From Vulcanimicrobiota bacterium (GTDB lineage: Bacteria > Vulcanimicrobiota > Vulcanimicrobiia > Vulcanimicrobiales > Vulcanimicrobiaceae): a stretch of 64,000 nucleotides of DNA. The translations under genes and the position numbers were made by a program. Shown piece after piece: positions 9,745 through 19,580 of this stretch. The stretch covers positions 288,001 through 352,000 of the forward strand of contig CAVZQC010000002.1 in NCBI GenBank assembly GCA_963777315.1. Reading direction: 5' to 3'. The notes beneath the pieces are model-generated. The model did no database searches and had not been told where the DNA came from. It was given only the letters and a program-made list of their open reading frames with translations. Position 1 is the stretch's first letter. Each line of letters opens with the position of its first letter.

Positions 9745-10467
9745 ATGGCTGACTGGTCCTCGTACTTCGCCCGGATGGAAGGCTCTCCAATTTCGATCGC
9801 CGTGGATCTGGACTTGCGCGATACGGCGCCGCTGAGCGATAAACCGTCCGCTTATACCGTCGCGCTGGCCTTGCGCCGGCCGGACGAACACGGCATGACC
9901 GACCAGAGCGAATACCGGGCGCTGGGGGAGATCGAAGAGGAACTGCTCGCGGCCTTGGAACCGCACGGAATCATCGAGGTGGGCCGAGTGACCGGCCGCG
10001 GCATGCGCACGTTCCACTATTACGGACCGCAAGTGGACAACACCGCGCAACTGGTCGCGCAAGTGATGAACGCTCATGCCGAATACAAGTATCGCGCGCT
10101 CGCCGCCGACGATGCTTCGTGGACTATCTATACTGCGTACCTCTATCCGGACGACAACCAGTTGGCCTTTGCCAACGACATGAAGGCCTTGCAGGCGCTG
10201 CTGGAAGCCGGCGACGATTTCGAGCGACCGCGGCCCATCGAGCACACGATTACGTTCGACGATGCGGAAAAGCGCGACGTCTTTGCACGAGCGATGGCGG
10301 ACCACGGTTACGATCTCGCCGTCGAGCAAATGCCGATCGCCGTGCGCTGCAGCAAGCGCGACACGATCGATCCGTTCAAAATCACCGAGATGCGCACGGC
10401 GCTCACGACGTTGGCCGAGGAGTTCGGCGGCTTTTATTCCGGCTGGGCGACCGTGGTCCAGCAGTAA
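9745..10467 (+). CDS. DUF695 domain protein with a C-terminal RraB-like domain
   Basis: WxxYFARMEGSPISIAVDL, VGRVTGRG..FHYY, WxxYxxYLYP; GDDFERPRPIEH...GGFYSGW. Confidence 0.75.
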   Translation: MADWSSYFARMEGSPISIAVDLDLRDTAPLSDKPSAYTVALALRRPDEHGMTDQSEYRALGEIEEELLAALEPHGIIEVGRVTGRGMRTFHYYGPQVDNTAQLVAQVMNAHAEYKYRALAADDASWTIYTAYLYPDDNQLAFANDMKALQALLEAGDDFERPRPIEHTITFDDAEKRDVFARAMADHGYDLAVEQMPIAVRCSKRDTIDPFKITEMRTALTTLAEEFGGFYSGWATVVQQ

Positions 10468-10687
10468 AACTCGCCGCGATCTGCCCTACGCTCCCGACCG
10501 GTAGACACTGGCCGCCAATCGGCCGTACACTCCCGACCTGCAACCGCTGGCGGATTTTCCTCGTAAAAATCCGCCGCTACGCCGCATTTTTGCGAAAGCA
10601 AGGCTTTGAAACGGACATCCTGTCCGGCGCAAAAATGTCGGAGTTTGCCGGTCGGGAGTGTACGGCCGATTGGCGGCCGGTGTCTAC
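10464..10687. repeat. REP/REPIN(BIME)-like element: inverted pair of 38-nt GTAG units plus a degenerate tandem unit
   Basis: 10501-10538 and 10650-10687 are reverse complements at 37/38 positions; each has an internal GGCCG-N5-CGGCC hairpin; a third copy at 10464-10499 matches about 30/38; the spacer contains nested hairpins. Confidence 0.8.
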
Positions 10688-11833
10688 AGCCCCATCATTC
10701 GCGCGATCACCATGCGCTGCACTTCGTTGGTGCCCTCGCCGATTTCGTTGATCTTCTGATCGCGGTACATGCGCGATACGGGGTACTCGTCCATGAAGCC
10801 GTAGCCGCCGTGCACCTGCAGCGCTTCATTGACCACCCGCCGTGAAACTTCGGCAGCGTACCAGCTTCGCCAAACTCGCGGCTTGGGAGAAGTCGCGCTT
10901 GTTGTCTTTCTCCCATGCGGCTTTGAGTACCATGAGTTCGGCGTGCTCGATTTCCATGAGCATGTCGACGAGTTTGAATTGAATGGCCTGGAACTTGCTT
11001 ATAGGGCGGCCGAACGCGGTGCGCTCCTTGGCGTACTTGAGCGCCTCGTCATATGCGCCGCGCGCGAGGCCGACGGACAGCGCCGCGACCGAAATGCGGC
11101 CGCCGTCCAGAATCGTCAAAAAGTTCTTGAGGCCGTCTCCGCGCGCTCCGAGGACGTTTTCTTCGGGAACCTGGGCGTCGACGAACGAAAGTTCGCGCGT
11201 ATCGGACGCGCGCCAGCCCATCTTTTTATACTTCTTGCTGCGCGCGAACCCGGGCGTATTCTGATCGACGATAAGGTTGGTGATTTCGGGTTTGCCGTCG
11301 GGGCGGGTGGCCGTGACGGCGGTGATCGTGGTGCCGCCGCTGATGTCCGTGCCGCTATTGGTGATAAAGGCTTTGGTGCCGTTGACGATCCACTTGCCGT
11401 CCTTGAGCACGGCTTTCGTCTGCGTGTTGCCCGCATCGCTGCCTGCTGCGGGTTCGGTCAACCCGAAGCCCCAGAGCATGCGGCCTTGCGCGAGAGGAAC
11501 CAAATACTTCTGCTTTTGCGCTTCGGTGCCGAACAGGTAGAAGGGACTCGCCCCCAGCGACACGTTCGCAGCCAGCGTTATCGCCGTGGAAGCGTCCGCG
11601 CGCGCCAGCTCCATCACCGCCAACGCGTAGCTGACCGTATCGGCACCCGCACCGCCGTACTCTTCGGGAAACGGCAAGCCCATCAAGCCCAATTCGGCCA
11701 TCTGCTTGACGAGATCGTACGGGAAGGCTTCCTCGCGATCCATCTGTTCGGCACGCGGCGCGACGCGTTCCATCGCGAACTCACGGACGGTTCGGCGAAT
11801 GGCCGACTGTTCGTCTGTTAGGTCAAAGTTCAT
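10684..11833 (-). pseudogene. Acyl-CoA dehydrogenase with one +1 frameshift at ~10861 (probably a sequencing error)
   Basis: MNFDLTDEQ, FGLTEPAAGSD, NGTKAFITN, GRISVAA. The C-terminus YAAEVSRRVVNEALQVHGGYG...EIGEGTNEVQR continues in another frame to TAG at 10684. Confidence 0.85.
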
Positions 11834-11882
11834 TATAGCCGGAGGTATCCGCCCCGCCGGTTTGAAAACCCCTCTTGCAGCG

Positions 11883-12593
11883 ATGATCTCATTACGCGGC
11901 GTTTCACTCGTGTATCCGAACGGAGTGCGCGCCATCGACCGCATCGATCTCGCGATCGGAAAAGGCGAGTTTCTCTTTCTCGTCGGGCACTCGGGAACGG
12001 GAAAATCCAGCCTCCTGCGGCTGCTGTACCGCGAGATGGCGCCGTCGACCGGCGAGATCACCGTCGACGGCATCCGCGTCGACCGCCTGCGGCGTCCCCG
12101 CATTCCTGCGCTTCGCCGGCATCTGGGCGTCGTGTTCCAAGATTACAAACTTTTAACCGACAAGACGGTTTGGGAAAACGTCGGCTTCGCGCTGCAGGTT
12201 ACCGGCGCGCACACCAAAGACGTCATGCGGCAGGTTCCACGCTGCTTGGATCTGGTGGGCCTTTCGCACAAGAGCCGCATGTACCCCGGCGAACTTTCCG
12301 GCGGCGAGCAGCAGCGCACTGCAATCGCGCGCGCACTGGTCAACAATCCCAAGATACTGCTCTGCGACGAGCCGACGGGCAATTTGGACCCGCAGAACAC
12401 GACCGAGATCATGGAACTGCTCGGTCGCATCAATCTCAAGGGCACGACAGTCGTCGTGGCCACGCACAACCAAGCCGTGGTCGACCGCATGCGGCGCCGC
12501 GTGGTTCGGCTCGACAACGGCCGGATCGTCACCGACGAAGAGCGAGGCTACTACTTCCTTGGACTGGGGCAAAACCAAATTCTTTCTGGGTGA
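11883..12593 (+). CDS. ftsE: Cell division ATP-binding protein FtsE
   Basis: Walker A GHSGTGKS, VVFQDYKLL, LSGGEQQR, DEPTGNLD; directly upstream of ftsX. Confidence 0.95.
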   Translation: MISLRGVSLVYPNGVRAIDRIDLAIGKGEFLFLVGHSGTGKSSLLRLLYREMAPSTGEITVDGIRVDRLRRPRIPALRRHLGVVFQDYKLLTDKTVWENVGFALQVTGAHTKDVMRQVPRCLDLVGLSHKSRMYPGELSGGEQQRTAIARALVNNPKILLCDEPTGNLDPQNTTEIMELLGRINLKGTTVVVATHNQAVVDRMRRRVVRLDNGRIVTDEERGYYFLGLGQNQILSG

Positions 12594-13440
12594 AGTGCTG
12601 CGCAACTTTACCCGCAACGCCGGTATGCAGGCAACGGCAATCGGTACGGTTGCCGTGACTATCGTGCTGCTGGGCGCCTTTCTCTACGTGCGCGCGAGCG
12701 TCGCGCACATGGGCAGCGACGTGCTCAGCCAAATCGCGATCTCCGTATACATGAATCCCGACGCAAGCACCTCGCAAATCGAGTCCACGCGTACGGCGCT
12801 GGCCAAAGACAAACGCGTGCTGGACGCGCAGTACGTGCCCAAAAAAGAGGGCTTGGAAGAGCTTCGCCGGCGCATGAAAGGCCAAATCGACACGTCGATA
12901 TTGACGCAAAACCCGCTGCCGGATAAATTTCGCGTGCACGTGCGCGATGCCGTGCAAGTCCCCGCCGTTGCCGCTTCGCTGCGAAAACTCCCCGGAGTGC
13001 AAAACGTCGATTACGGCCAGGACGTGGTGCGGCGGCTGCTTCAACTGGGCGCAGTGGCGCGCCGAGCCGGCATCGCCGTCATCGCGCTGTTCGTCCTGGT
13101 CGCGGGCATCATCATTTCCAACACGATCCGCTTGACCGTTTTCGCCCGCCGGCGCGAGATATCGATCATGCAGCTCGTCGGCGCCACCAACATGTACATC
13201 CGCATGCCGTTCATCTGCGAAGGGCTGCTGGACGGCCTGCTCGGTGCGGCGGTGGCCATCGGACTGCTCGCACTCGCGCACGCCTCGCTAATGCCCAAAC
13301 TCGCGGCGGCGCTGCCGTGGGTTCAAATGAACGTCGTGCAGATCGACCTCTCCTCACTGGTGCTGCAATTGGTCGCAGTCGGCAGCGCGGTCGGGGTGGT
13401 CGCTTCATGGATAGCAGTCGGACGTTACCTACGGACGTAA
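12559..13440 (+). CDS. ftsX: Cell division permease FtsX
   Basis: TM1, periplasmic loop with NPLP, ISNTIRLTVFARRREISIMQLVGAT, 4 TM helices in total. Confidence 0.95.
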   Translation: MDWGKTKFFLGEVLRNFTRNAGMQATAIGTVAVTIVLLGAFLYVRASVAHMGSDVLSQIAISVYMNPDASTSQIESTRTALAKDKRVLDAQYVPKKEGLEELRRRMKGQIDTSILTQNPLPDKFRVHVRDAVQVPAVAASLRKLPGVQNVDYGQDVVRRLLQLGAVARRAGIAVIALFVLVAGIIISNTIRLTVFARRREISIMQLVGATNMYIRMPFICEGLLDGLLGAAVAIGLLALAHASLMPKLAAALPWVQMNVVQIDLSSLVLQLVAVGSAVGVVASWIAVGRYLRT

Positions 13441-14487
13441 GCCACGAGCTGCTCGACGAGCTCGTCGCCTCGAAGCGCCTGGTCGAAACGCTCGCGCGCA
13501 TGGTCGCCGAGGGCTTGATCCAGCTCGACGAGCAGCATCGCATCGTGCGTTTCAATCCCGCCGCGGAACGCATGCTGGGATATTCGGCAGGGAGCGTCAT
13601 GGGAACCCAGCTCGAGCTCGGTGCTGCACGAATCCGCGCTTGCGGATCCTTTGGACTTTTCCGAACGCACGCAGGCGCATTCCGTACAGCTGGTTTTCCG
13701 CGACACCGCCGGCAGGCCGGTTCACGTGCAGGCGCGCTGCGTTCCGGTGCTGCGCGATGGGTGCCCCGAAGGATGGGTGCTGGCCTTCAACGCTACGCGG
13801 CGTGCCGATGAAATCGAGCAGCTCAAGAACGAGCTCGTGAGCACGGTATCCCACGAGCTCAAAACGCCGCTGGCGGCGATTAAAGCGTATACGGCCACGC
13901 TGCGGCATAACCCGTCGCTGTACGAAACGCGCCGCAACGAATTTCTGGAAGTCGTAGAGCAGCAGGCGGATCGCCTGGCCCGCCTGGTCGACGACATGCT
14001 CGTCGTCACGCGTGTCGAAACCGGCCAAATGCTGCGCCGCCGCCTGCGCGTGCCGCTGCAGTCCATCTTGGACGCGGCGATCGACGAGATCGCCGTCGAT
14101 CCGGTAAAGTACTCGATCGAATGCCGCGGGCCGGGCGTAGAGGTTTCCGGCGATCCCGATCGTTTACGCGACGTCTTTCGCAACGTGATCGAGAATGCGG
14201 TCAAGTATTCGCCCGAAGGCGGCCGCATCGTGATTACGGCGTGCGAATCGGGTGGTTACACGCGGATAGAAGTGCGGGACAGCGGCGTAGGCATCCCCGA
14301 AGAGGACTTGCCGTACATTTACGATCGGTTCTATCGCGCTCAATCGGATACCGCGCCGCAGGCCGGCGGAAGCGGGCTAGGACTGTACATCGTCAATGCT
14401 CTGGTGCGCGCGCACGGCGGCACGATCGACGTTCGCAGCGAGCCGGGTGAAGGCACGGCATTCACCGTGAAGCTGCCGCTGCGATGA
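13407..14487 (+). pseudogene. Cytoplasmic PAS-domain sensor histidine kinase with one +1 frameshift at ~13614 (probably a sequencing error)
   Basis: PAS start (EGLIQLDEQHRIVRFNPAAERMLGY) in one frame; rest of the PAS, H-box SHELKTPL, N-box NVIENAVKYS and G-boxes DSGVGI and GSGLGL in the next frame (13621-14487). Confidence 0.85.
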
Positions 14488-15434
14488 GGCGGCCCGACGA
14501 AGCCGCCGGCAAACGGATCTTGGTTGTGGACGACGATCGAAACTTGCGCAAAATCATTCAGACGAACTTGGAACTGGCCGGATACGACGTCTCGACCGCG
14601 GCCGGCGGCGACGAAGCGATGCACGTGCTCGATTCCATGCAGCCCGATCTGGTCGTGCTCGACGTCATGATGCCCGTGATGGACGGCTTCGAAGTTGCCC
14701 GGCGCATACGCCGGCATCCATCCAATACGCACGTGCCCATCATCATGCTGACCGCCAAGGGTGAAGTCGAGGACAAGCTCGAGGGCTTCGAAGCGGGCGC
14801 CGACGACTACATGACCAAACCCTTCGGGCCGCAGGAGCTGCTCGCGCGCGTCAAAGCAAAAATTCGGCGCGTCGAGGTCGATTCGTCGCTCTCACCGCTC
14901 ACGCGGCTGCCGGGCAATCTTGCCATTGAAGCCGAACTGCGCCGGCGCATCGACACGAACGCGCCGTTCGCGGTGCTCTACCTGGATTTGGACAACTTCA
15001 AGGCATTCAACGACGTGTACGGGTTCACGCACGGCGACGAGGCAATTCAGCTGGTCGCGACCACGTCGGTCGATCAAGTTCGGCGGCGCGGAACGCCGCA
15101 AGACTTCGTCGGGCACATCGGCGGGGACGACTTCATCATCGTCACGCTTCCGGGCCGCGCGGAGGAGATCGCGCGCGCCATCATCGACACCTTTGACGGC
15201 GAGATTCGCACCTTGTACACCGCGCAAGATCTGCGGCAAGGCTACATCGAAACGCGCGACCGGCGCGGAACCCTCAACCGCTTTCCGATCATGTCGCTCT
15301 CGGTGGCCGTCATCTCCAACGAACAGCGCAAACTGGAAAATTACGCGCAAATCGGCGAGGCCGCCGCCGAGCTCAAGCGCTACGCCAAATCGATAGCCGG
15401 TTCGGTGTACGTCAAGGACAAGCGGCGCAAGTGA
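14484..15434 (+). CDS. Response regulator with a diguanylate cyclase output domain (REC-GGDEF)
   Basis: REC: ILVVDDD, LDVMMP, LTAK, KPF. GGDEF domain: SPLTRLPGN, DLDNFKAFNDVYG, GGDDF. Confidence 0.93.
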   Translation: MRRPDEAAGKRILVVDDDRNLRKIIQTNLELAGYDVSTAAGGDEAMHVLDSMQPDLVVLDVMMPVMDGFEVARRIRRHPSNTHVPIIMLTAKGEVEDKLEGFEAGADDYMTKPFGPQELLARVKAKIRRVEVDSSLSPLTRLPGNLAIEAELRRRIDTNAPFAVLYLDLDNFKAFNDVYGFTHGDEAIQLVATTSVDQVRRRGTPQDFVGHIGGDDFIIVTLPGRAEEIARAIIDTFDGEIRTLYTAQDLRQGYIETRDRRGTLNRFPIMSLSVAVISNEQRKLENYAQIGEAAAELKRYAKSIAGSVYVKDKRRK

Positions 15435-16636
15435 ACCGCTGCGATCGCGCGCGTATCTGGAGGGCGGCCGCAGCTGCGCTGCTGCTGGCCGGCGCGATGC
15501 CGCCGGCGGCACATTCGTCCGGCATCGATGCGCGCATTCAAGCCGAACGCGAAAAGGCCCAGACACTGCAGGCCAAACTGCACGAAAAGCGCACGCAGCT
15601 GCACGCGGCCACGATTCGCGTGGGCAATCTGCAAACGCAGCTGGCACGGACGAATACGGCGATTTCGCAGGTCAACGGTCGTTTGGACGATCTGGCGGCG
15701 CAGGCGCGCAGCACGCAAATCAAGATCGATTGGAACACGATCCAACTGGACGCGGCGCGCAAGACGCTCAAGCTGCACGACGGCTTGCTCAAGCGTCGTC
15801 TGGTCGACGTGTACGAGCACGGCGACATGGGATACTTGGGCGTGCTGCTCGCGTCGCATTCGTTCAGCGACTTCGTCGAGCGCTGGGAAGATCTGCGCTT
15901 GCTCATTGCGGCCAATCAGCGTGCCGTGCGCGAGCGCAAGCTGGCCGAGCAAAAGGTTTCCGCCGCGCAATCCGATTTGGAATCCACGCAAACCGCTCTG
16001 CTGAGCGAGCAGCAGGAGCAACAGCGCGCGCGCAACCAGCTCGACACGCTGGCCGACGAACGCCGCAACCTGGTCGCAGCGGCGCAGGACCAGCGCGAGC
16101 ACGTTGCGGGCGAAGTGGCGCAGATCGAGGATCTTTCCGCGACCGAAGAGGCGCAGTTGGAAGCGCTCATCGTCGAGCGCCAGCGCGAGATCGAAGCTGC
16201 GCGGGAAGCGGCGCGCCGGGCTGCGGGCATCGTGGGGCAACAGAGCGCACCGGGCGTTTTGGCCTGGCCCGTGTCCGGCACGATAACCTCGCCGTTCGGC
16301 TACCGGCGCAACCCCTTCGGAGGCGGACTGGAGTTCCATCAGGGTCTAGATATCGCGGCGCCCACAGGAACGACGGTGACGGCCGCCTCGAGCGGTACGG
16401 TCATTTCGGCGGGGTGGTACGGCGGCTACGGCAACTATATCCTCATCGACCACGGCGGGGGGATGGCCACCGGCTACGGGCATCTCTCGCAAATTTTCGT
16501 TTCCGCCGGGCAGCAGGTACAAAAAGGGCAGGCGATAGGAGCCGTCGGTTCGACCGGCATGTCGACCGGACCGCACCTGCATTTCGAAGTCCGGCTGAAC
16601 GGAAAACCGACCGATCCGGCGGCATACTTGCACTAG
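15431..16636 (+). CDS. EnvC-like coiled-coil M23 peptidase (FtsEX partner)
   Basis: Signal peptide, long coiled coil, M23 motifs HQGLD, YGHLS and TGPHLHFEV (metal ligands intact). Confidence 0.9.
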   Translation: MNRCDRARIWRAAAAALLLAGAMPPAAHSSGIDARIQAEREKAQTLQAKLHEKRTQLHAATIRVGNLQTQLARTNTAISQVNGRLDDLAAQARSTQIKIDWNTIQLDAARKTLKLHDGLLKRRLVDVYEHGDMGYLGVLLASHSFSDFVERWEDLRLLIAANQRAVRERKLAEQKVSAAQSDLESTQTALLSEQQEQQRARNQLDTLADERRNLVAAAQDQREHVAGEVAQIEDLSATEEAQLEALIVERQREIEAAREAARRAAGIVGQQSAPGVLAWPVSGTITSPFGYRRNPFGGGLEFHQGLDIAAPTGTTVTAASSGTVISAGWYGGYGNYILIDHGGGMATGYGHLSQIFVSAGQQVQKGQAIGAVGSTGMSTGPHLHFEVRLNGKPTDPAAYLH

Positions 16637-16740
16637 CGGGCATTCCGGCCCAGCGCGAGGGCCGAACCGAAACCGACACCCCCGCATATGGGTACTAACG
16701 GGGTAGCCCCGCACGCCGCAGGAAGGACGCTTGTTCCGCA

Positions 16741-18177
16741 GTGCCAACCGCTATCCGCGCAATTTTAGCAGCGCTGCTGGTCGCCATAGTTGCGTTTGCC
16801 GGCGCGCTGTATGTGGGGTACCATCGCGGTCTGACGGCTGCCGAAAGCCACTTCGATTCAGGTTCGGATAAGGTCGCTTCGCTGGACCTGCGCAATCTGC
16901 TCGGACCCGGCGTCGTCGACGATCAGCTGGTCGGGCTTGCGTTCCGGCAGGTCGAACGCGTGTATTATCGCCCCGTCGAATCCCAGACGCTCGTCAACGG
17001 CGAGCGCACCGGTTTGCTTGCATACCTGCGCGCTTCGCTCAAAGCCAAACACGTGCAGGTGACGCCGTCGCTTCCCAGCGTGCAGGCCACCGACGATCAA
17101 GCGCAAGATTTGCATGCGGTGGATCGACAGCTGGCCTACGCGCAGGACCATTACGCGCAGTATTTGGGAAACGCGGGCCGCACCGGCTTAACGACCGCCG
17201 CGCTCAACGGTATGCTGGGGTCGCTCGGAGATCCGTATACCGTCTATCTCACGCCCGATCAGATCCGCCAGCTGAACGAACAGCTCAACGGCGGCAACTT
17301 CGGCGGCATCGGCGTGTTCATTTATCAGCTCAAGAACGGCAAAGTGATCCTTCAGCCGATAGAGGGATTGCCGGCCGCGCGCGCGGGCATGAAGGGCGAC
17401 GAAGTCGTCCAGACGATAGACGGCTCTTCGATCTCGGGTTTTGCACTGGACAAGGTCGAGCGCATGATCCGCGGGCCCGAAGGCACCGCCGTGACGATCA
17501 CGACGCATCCGTACGAAAAGCCCAAACCTCTGCGGCGCTACCGCATCACGCGCGAAATCATTCACGTGCCTACCGTTCACGCCAAGATGGAGAACGGTTA
17601 CGAATACATCCGCCTTTCCGATTTCGGAGAGACGTCCGCGGACGAGGTCCATAAGGCGCTCCTGGACGGAAAAGCGCATGGAGCCAAAGGCGTCATTCTG
17701 GATCTGCGCAACAACGGCGGCGGCCTGCTGGACGCAGCGGTGAACATCTCGAGCTTTTTCATCCCGCGCGGAGTAATCGTCACCGAGATCGACCGGTACG
17801 GCAACCGGCAGCCGCAAAACGCGACCGGAGCCGTGATGCACGGTGTTACGCCTTTGGTCGTGCTGGTCAACGCATACACCGCCAGCGCATCGGAGATCAC
17901 CTCCGGAGCGCTGCAGGATTACAAGCTCGGGACCCTGATCGGAACCAAAACGTTCGGCAAAGGCGTCGTGCAAGGCATCTTCTCGATGCCCAACGGCGGA
18001 GCGCTCAAGATTACGACCGAGCGTTACCTCACCCCATCCGGCCGCGATATTCAGCACAAGGGAATCGCGCCCAACATCGTCGTCCCCCAGAACCCCGCGG
18101 CCCTGCAAATCATCGACACGCCGCACGACAAACAACTTGCGGCCGCCAAGGCATTTTTAGACCGTCTCACACGTTAG
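16741..18177 (+). CDS. S41 carboxyl-terminal processing protease (CtpA/Prc family)
   Basis: DPYTVY, PDZ domain (FGGIG), LDLRNNGGG, TASASE, TFGKG. Confidence 0.93.
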   Translation: MPTAIRAILAALLVAIVAFAGALYVGYHRGLTAAESHFDSGSDKVASLDLRNLLGPGVVDDQLVGLAFRQVERVYYRPVESQTLVNGERTGLLAYLRASLKAKHVQVTPSLPSVQATDDQAQDLHAVDRQLAYAQDHYAQYLGNAGRTGLTTAALNGMLGSLGDPYTVYLTPDQIRQLNEQLNGGNFGGIGVFIYQLKNGKVILQPIEGLPAARAGMKGDEVVQTIDGSSISGFALDKVERMIRGPEGTAVTITTHPYEKPKPLRRYRITREIIHVPTVHAKMENGYEYIRLSDFGETSADEVHKALLDGKAHGAKGVILDLRNNGGGLLDAAVNISSFFIPRGVIVTEIDRYGNRQPQNATGAVMHGVTPLVVLVNAYTASASEITSGALQDYKLGTLIGTKTFGKGVVQGIFSMPNGGALKITTERYLTPSGRDIQHKGIAPNIVVPQNPAALQIIDTPHDKQLAAAKAFLDRLTR

Positions 18178-18183
18178 GAAGAT

Positions 18184-19580
18184 ATGAAACGTCCATCGAC
18201 TCCTTACGCCCTCCGGCTTTTCGCCATAGCGCTGGCGGCTGCGTTCGCCTTGACCGCAGCGCAAATTCCTACAGCCGGTCCCGTCTCGGCCGCCGGCCTG
18301 TCGGCGCTGGATGCCACCGAAATTCAATTCAGTCTACCAGAAGCTGCGGTCGGACTACTACAAAAAGACCGACCCGCAGGATATCGTCTCGGGAGCGCGC
18401 GCGGAGATGGAACGGCAGACTGCATACCGCAGGCGTGCAAGCCTCCCTGCCGCCGATTTTTGCCGGTCAGGATGCGGATCGCACCGCCAGAGCGGTCGGG
18501 CACGAAGTCGACGTCGCGGCGCGCTTGGCTCGCGGCAAGATGAGCTCGCATCTGCTCACGTACGCGGCGATCGCGGGAATGCTCAACTCGGTGCACGACA
18601 AATACACCGTGTTCCTTACGCCCAAGGAATACGCGCAGCTGAACGAAGGGCTCGACGGCGGGTCGTTCGCCGGTACCGGGATCGTCATTCAAATCGACGA
18701 CGCAACCAAATACATCGACGTGAGCAACGTCGTGCCCGACGGGCCGGCCGATAAAGCCGGAATTCAGCAGGACGATCAGATCATCGCCATCGACGGACGT
18801 TCGACCAAGAATCTCACGCTGGCGCAAGCGTCGACGCAGCTGCGCGGTAAGGCGGGAACGCAAGTGATGCTCGGCATCGTGCGCGACGGCAAACCGCTCG
18901 CCGCGCCGATCACGATCACTCGCGCGCAGATTCACGAAGTTTCGGTTTACGACAAAATGCTGCCCAATAAAATCGGCTACGTCGAACTCACCGTCTTCGG
19001 CCGCGACACCGGCGCCGAGCTGACTAGAGCGCTCGACAAGCTGCAGCAAGACGGCGCGCGCGCCATGATCGTGGATTTGCGCGACAACGGAGGCGGCTAT
19101 TTGGAAGCCGCGCTCGACGTCAGTTCGAAGTTCATCGCCAGCGGACCGATCGTCTCGGTGGAGTCGCGCGCTTCGAACGTTACGACGTATGAGGCTGAAG
19201 ACACGGCAATCCCGCCGATGCCTCTGGCGGTTCTGGTGAACGGTCATACCGCTTCGGCCTCGGAGATCACGTCCGGCGCAATTCAGGACAGCGGCGTAGG
19301 CACGATTATCGGCACGCGCACATTCGGCAAAGGCGTGGTTCAAGAAATTCTGCCCCTGCCCGACGGTTCGGCGATAAAGATCACCGATGCGCGCTATCTG
19401 ACCCCGCACAACCGCGACATCAACCATTTGGGTATCGTGCCGGACATCGTCGTTGACGAAAACAAGGGCGCGCGCCAAGGGGATCCGACGCGCGACACGC
19501 AGCTCACCCGGGCGCTGCAATTTCTCAACGACAAGATCGCGCACACGCCCGCCGGAGCGGCGTCAGGAACCCAGCAATAG
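18184..19580 (+). pseudogene. Second S41 protease (CtpA paralogue) with two +1 frameshifts at ~18325 and ~18419
   Basis: Signal peptide from 18184; NSVYQKLRSDYYKKTDPQDIVSGAR in the second frame; catalytic part (DLRDNGGG, TASASE, TFGKG) intact in 18435-19580. Confidence 0.85.

Noticed and set aside
10464..10687. CRISPR array
   Set aside because: The units are adjacent or inverted, with no regular unique spacers and no cas genes.
13600..13625. Programmed frameshift in the kinase (and similarly at 10861, 18325, 18419)
   Set aside because: No slippery heptamer, homopolymer or stimulatory structure; clustering of same-sign indels points to sequence error.
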